Assembly: GCA_965222605.1 (NCBI GenBank)
Contig: OZ244960.1
Coordinates: 2,656,001 to 2,720,000 of the forward strand
Reading direction: 5' to 3'
DNA: 64,000 bases
Source: Candidatus Latescibacterota bacterium
GTDB taxonomy: Bacteria; Latescibacterota; UBA2968
This document shows positions 60,501-64,000 of this stretch, one piece after another. Both the position numbers and the translations under genes were made by a program. The notes beneath the pieces are model-generated. The model saw only the letters and a program-made list of their open reading frames with translations, was not told where the DNA came from and ran no database searches. Position 1 is the stretch's first letter, and every line of letters begins with the position of its first letter.

Positions 60501-60563
60501 TTGTCAACTAAATCGTTGACAAAATAATATCTGACAAATTTTTGTCAATAAAATTGTTGACAA
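60501..60563. promoter_or_regulatory. Cluster of TTGTCAA/TTGACAA inverted repeats
   Basis: TTGTCAA-N8-TTGACAA twice, plus an overlapping TGACAAATTTTTGTCA. Confidence 0.6.
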
Positions 60564-60645
60564 AAATTGAGAGGCGATACAAGTTGTTATATATTATTGG
60601 GATATGGCACGCAATATCGCGCATGGAATGAGAATAAACCACACA

Positions 60646-60682
60646 AAAAGCCCAATGGTCTCCTCTAAACCGTTGGGCTTTT
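60646..60682. terminator. Intrinsic terminator hairpin
   Basis: AAAAGCCCAATGG...CCGTTGGGCTTTT. Confidence 0.75.
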
Positions 60683-60758
60683 CTTAGCCTGACTGCGATA
60701 GCAGCTCATCAGCTATGGGGTCGTAGGGATAAACCTCGACGGATGGTTGACCTGTATT

Positions 60759-60785
60759 GTAGGGGCGGCGCCCCTGTGCCCGCCC
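60759..60785 (+). repeat. GTAG-type REP element
   Basis: GTAGGGGCGGCGCCCCTGTGCCCGCCC. Confidence 0.8.
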
Positions 60786-60866
60786 GTAGGATGGCAGCCC
60801 CCGTGTAAAAGCGCTACGGGGCAGTCCTGAGGAGTTTGATGTACGATTCACAAACGATTATCGACA

Positions 60867-62969
60867 TCATTTTAATCCGTCAATTCTTGTCTCAATATTC
60901 TTACAGATATCCGCCGCGACCTCAAGGACTTCCACAGGCGCGCGAACCTCCTCGCCAGCACGCTGTAGCAGGGCAACGATGAGGGGTACCAACGCGTCCA
61001 ATTTCTCCTTGTCGCTCGACAGGATCTCGACAAGGTCGCACTCCGAGGCACCATGCGCGATCAACTCAGGCACAATTTCTTGCATCTCGCGCATGGTTAC
61101 TTCGTTGTTGAGTGGAAATGCGGCATACGCAGAGCGAAATGCTTCCAGGGCACCCCGACTTTTTTTTTGGACCATCAGTACCAAAGCTCGCACACACCTT
61201 GCACGCCATGTAAACTCAATTTCTTTGTTGTCGGTCAAGGCACCAAGCCTTCGTTCAAGCTCTTCACAGGTATGTAGAGCTTCTTTTGCATGGCTCATCT
61301 TGATTTGTGTCATACCTTTGTCGAACAACGCCCAAGCGGTCAGATACTGGAGATTGGGTGCATCGCTGTCACCAAAGCGTACGACCACTTCATCATAAGA
61401 CGTTACCGCAGACGCGAACTCGCCGAGTTCCCCGTGCGCTAATGCCTTGTAAGTAAATGCCAGAGCGATTAATGGCTCTGGCACTCGAGACCAATTTGCG
61501 CTCCGATCAGTAAAAGCTTGCCCCAAAGTCTCGATAACCTTCTCGAATGCCCCCTCTTTTAACGCTGTAGTAATCTCTTCGAACAGTCGTTCGACGTTCT
61601 CATTGTCGATTGACGCAGCGAGGTTAGATGCCTGGTCAGTGCTTGGCCGCACTATGTTAGAGAATACACTACCGACTTGAGGTTGTTTTGCGATTGCTCG
61701 TTCAATACCCTCGCGAATCACCGGCAATCGCGCCGCTTCCGAAATCAGTCTGTCGGACATCTCTGCCAGTTCCGCTTCGCTATAGAACACTGCCATAAAG
61801 TGGATTAGATTTGCTACAACCGCCGCCTCGTCGCGCTCACGCCGTAGCTTGTAGTAGATGCTGTAGAGACGTTCCGCGGCAACGTACAGCCGTTTTCTAC
61901 CAGTCCCCTCCACGATGACCGCACCCCGGTTGACGAGGCGGCCGAGCAGGGTTGATACGGTTCGAATGTCCTTGCGCGCGCGTGCCGCGATCTCGCCCGC
62001 GTTCGACGGTTGCCAAAGGTCAACCAACGCGAGATACACGCGGCGTTCGACACTGGCCAGGACCTCCAGATGCCCGCGGAAATACTCAGTATGGTCGTCA
62101 ATCAGTGTCACCAGTTCTTCTATCAAATGGCCTAACGACCGGTGATTTGCAAACTGAGCAACCATAACCAAGAGGCGAGGATTGCCGCCGGTCAGAATCT
62201 CGAGCGGCCTGATATCACGATTGCTCACTTCGTCGCCACTGACTATCTGCCACAAACGACGGCAGTCCTCAGTAGTCAATGGTTCCAGATCGAGGCTTCG
62301 GAACTGCTCGAAGAACGGCTCCTCCGCGTCGTCCAGCCCTTTGAAACGACTCGTAGTGGTGGCAAGCAGCATGATCTGAGGCTCTGATTGCAACGCGCTG
62401 CGGAGTTGCCAGCCGAAATCGGCGTCCACGTTTTTGCAGAGGTCCTGTAGATTTTCGACCATGAGTACGAGTTTTTTGCCCAGCCGATCCGCTGCGTCCA
62501 GGACAGCAGCAAGGACGCGATCCGCGAGTTCCTTCTCGCGCCAGCGATCAGTCAGGTCGGCGTGTGTCTCTCGCAGCTCCCGTGCGAGCGCGGGATCGTG
62601 CCTGGCACTCTCGCGCGCAAGGTGGAACAAGGTTTCGAGCCAGAAATCGGCGATATTGAGTACCTCGTGACTCTCTTCCATAAACCGAACCGGCAAAAGA
62701 CACTCAGAGAGTTTGTCATCAATTTTCAAATCCACCGGAACCCGAAGGTTCAACTCCGCCGCAACCCGCGCGAGTAACATGGTCTTTCCCCGACCACGAG
62801 GCGCGACTACCAGAACGTGCTGACACGATGGTGAATCGATATTCCCGCGCAGGACCTCAAGCACTATATCGAATTCGCGTTTCCTGACCACGAACTGCTC
62901 AACCACCTCCTCGTCGGATTGGAGCGTCCCCGGATTGAACTTGCGAATTCGTTGATCGGACTTGTTCAT
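60867..62969 (-). CDS. STAND-like ATPase with wHTH and TPR-like repeats, paralog B
   Basis: Start MNKSDQRIRKFNPG; APRGRGKT, LMVENL, TGGNPRL; highly similar to paralog A. Confidence 0.75.
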   Translation of the reverse strand: MNKSDQRIRKFNPGTLQSDEEVVEQFVVRKREFDIVLEVLRGNIDSPSCQHVLVVAPRGRGKTMLLARVAAELNLRVPVDLKIDDKLSECLLPVRFMEESHEVLNIADFWLETLFHLARESARHDPALARELRETHADLTDRWREKELADRVLAAVLDAADRLGKKLVLMVENLQDLCKNVDADFGWQLRSALQSEPQIMLLATTTSRFKGLDDAEEPFFEQFRSLDLEPLTTEDCRRLWQIVSGDEVSNRDIRPLEILTGGNPRLLVMVAQFANHRSLGHLIEELVTLIDDHTEYFRGHLEVLASVERRVYLALVDLWQPSNAGEIAARARKDIRTVSTLLGRLVNRGAVIVEGTGRKRLYVAAERLYSIYYKLRRERDEAAVVANLIHFMAVFYSEAELAEMSDRLISEAARLPVIREGIERAIAKQPQVGSVFSNIVRPSTDQASNLAASIDNENVERLFEEITTALKEGAFEKVIETLGQAFTDRSANWSRVPEPLIALAFTYKALAHGELGEFASAVTSYDEVVVRFGDSDAPNLQYLTAWALFDKGMTQIKMSHAKEALHTCEELERRLGALTDNKEIEFTWRARCVRALVLMVQKKSRGALEAFRSAYAAFPLNNEVTMREMQEIVPELIAHGASECDLVEILSSDKEKLDALVPLIVALLQRAGEEVRAPVEVLEVAADICKNIETRIDGLK

Positions 62970-64000
62970 TGCGCGTCTCCCGGTGTTTCGTCGTCGGAAT
63001 GGCGGTTTTCGAGAGATATATAGTGATCGCTGAAACGCGCCGACCACCAGTCCTTCAGCAGACGCGATGGAAAGCGATGTCCCTCGTCGCTGACTTCGAG
63101 ATATCCGTCGTGCATCAGAATTTCAAGTGTATCTGCGATGCGCCCCTGTGCATCGTCAACCACCATGGCGTATAACCCTTCGAGGCAACGACGGGCTCCT
63201 GGCGTGAATACGTCCTGGGTAGCTGCCTCGGCGAGGATCTCCATGGCGATGGTGTGGTTCTCATCTTCCAACGCCTCCTTGAGGCGCGTCTCGTAGTGTA
63301 CAAGGTCGTTCTGTCCGGAAGGACCGAGAAGCCCCGTACGATAGACCTTCTCAACATCTTCCATCGTCACCCGGTCTCGTCCCTGCATGGTGGCATGGTC
63401 CCCCAAACGGGCAAAGAAGGACTGCACATGGTGAGGGATGCCAACACCGAGTGCGTCATACACTACGTTTACCACCCCGTCCTCAACCCGTAATTCGTAG
63501 CTCTCCGCGAGACTTTGGAAACACTCTACACTGGTGTCGCGGTCCCACGGTCCCAAACGAAAAGGTTCGAGATGATTGATGCGATCGGGTATGCCCAACC
63601 GATTTACGAAAGGCGTAAGCCCAATGCTACCAGATACGATGAGGACCAAAGAACCGTCTTCGATATCTTGAAGCACTCCGCGCAACCAGCTCAGAAACTC
63701 ATCAACCCGTTGGAATCCATCTTCATCGCGAAGCACACGCTTGAGGAATATCGGCAACTCGTCAATGACGAGGAGAACAGATTGCTTGCGCGCAGCACAA
63801 TGCCGAAGTAGCTCTTCTCCTTGGCGCCGCCAGTTCCCGGCATTCAGAATGGCCCGGAACTTCACGCTAACGTCGTATGCACCGATCTCCTCGACCCTGC
63901 CGAACAAGCGTTTCATGGCGGTACCGACACGCACGACACGCGATGTGATGGGACGAATGGGATGCACGGCCTGTGCGATGTCTGCGATTACGTCCTCAGC
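62966..64000 (-). CDS. ATP-binding protein (AAA/STAND-like), 5' end outside the window
   Basis: Walker B VLLVIDEL, IVSGSIG, GIPHHVQ, LMHDGYL..LLKDWW; ATGA overlap with paralog B. Confidence 0.75.
   Translation of the reverse strand, partial: AEDVIADIAQAVHPIRPITSRVVRVGTAMKRLFGRVEEIGAYDVSVKFRAILNAGNWRRQGEELLRHCAARKQSVLLVIDELPIFLKRVLRDEDGFQRVDEFLSWLRGVLQDIEDGSLVLIVSGSIGLTPFVNRLGIPDRINHLEPFRLGPWDRDTSVECFQSLAESYELRVEDGVVNVVYDALGVGIPHHVQSFFARLGDHATMQGRDRVTMEDVEKVYRTGLLGPSGQNDLVHYETRLKEALEDENHTIAMEILAEAATQDVFTPGARRCLEGLYAMVVDDAQGRIADTLEILMHDGYLEVSDEGHRFPSRLLKDWWSARFSDHYISLENRHSDDETPGDAQ

Overview
Bacterial chromosomal window from a Gram-negative organism with LPS/heptose genes. Its gene style suggests an uncultured FCB-type lineage such as Latescibacterota or Gemmatimonadota, but that is only inference. 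The housekeeping backbone is xerD, uvrC, hisG/D/C/B, ADP-heptose genes, a large surface-glycosylation cluster rich in multi-membrane-spanning (GT-C-type) glycosyltransferases, serS, gltX, tRNA-Gln, two tRNA-Ser, nnr, a split carB, pyrK and a sigma-54 response regulator. Accessory modules are interleaved with it, often next to short palindromic repeats: three toxin-antitoxin pairs, a Septu/PtuAB pair with no reverse transcriptase (RT), a solo ATPase-HTH-nuclease and an island between serS and tRNA-Gln. That island holds a diversity-generating retroelement (DGR) relic: target gene with variable region, hairpin and truncated avd, but no template repeat (TR) or RT. At the right end is an uncharacterised module of an ATPase followed by two paralogous ATPase-HTH-TPR proteins with different repeat numbers. 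Other notable items are a small protein gene behind a sigma-54 promoter, a DHS-like/RfaE2 fusion, and REP elements that supply stop codons. All calls rest on motifs read by eye; no database search was run.
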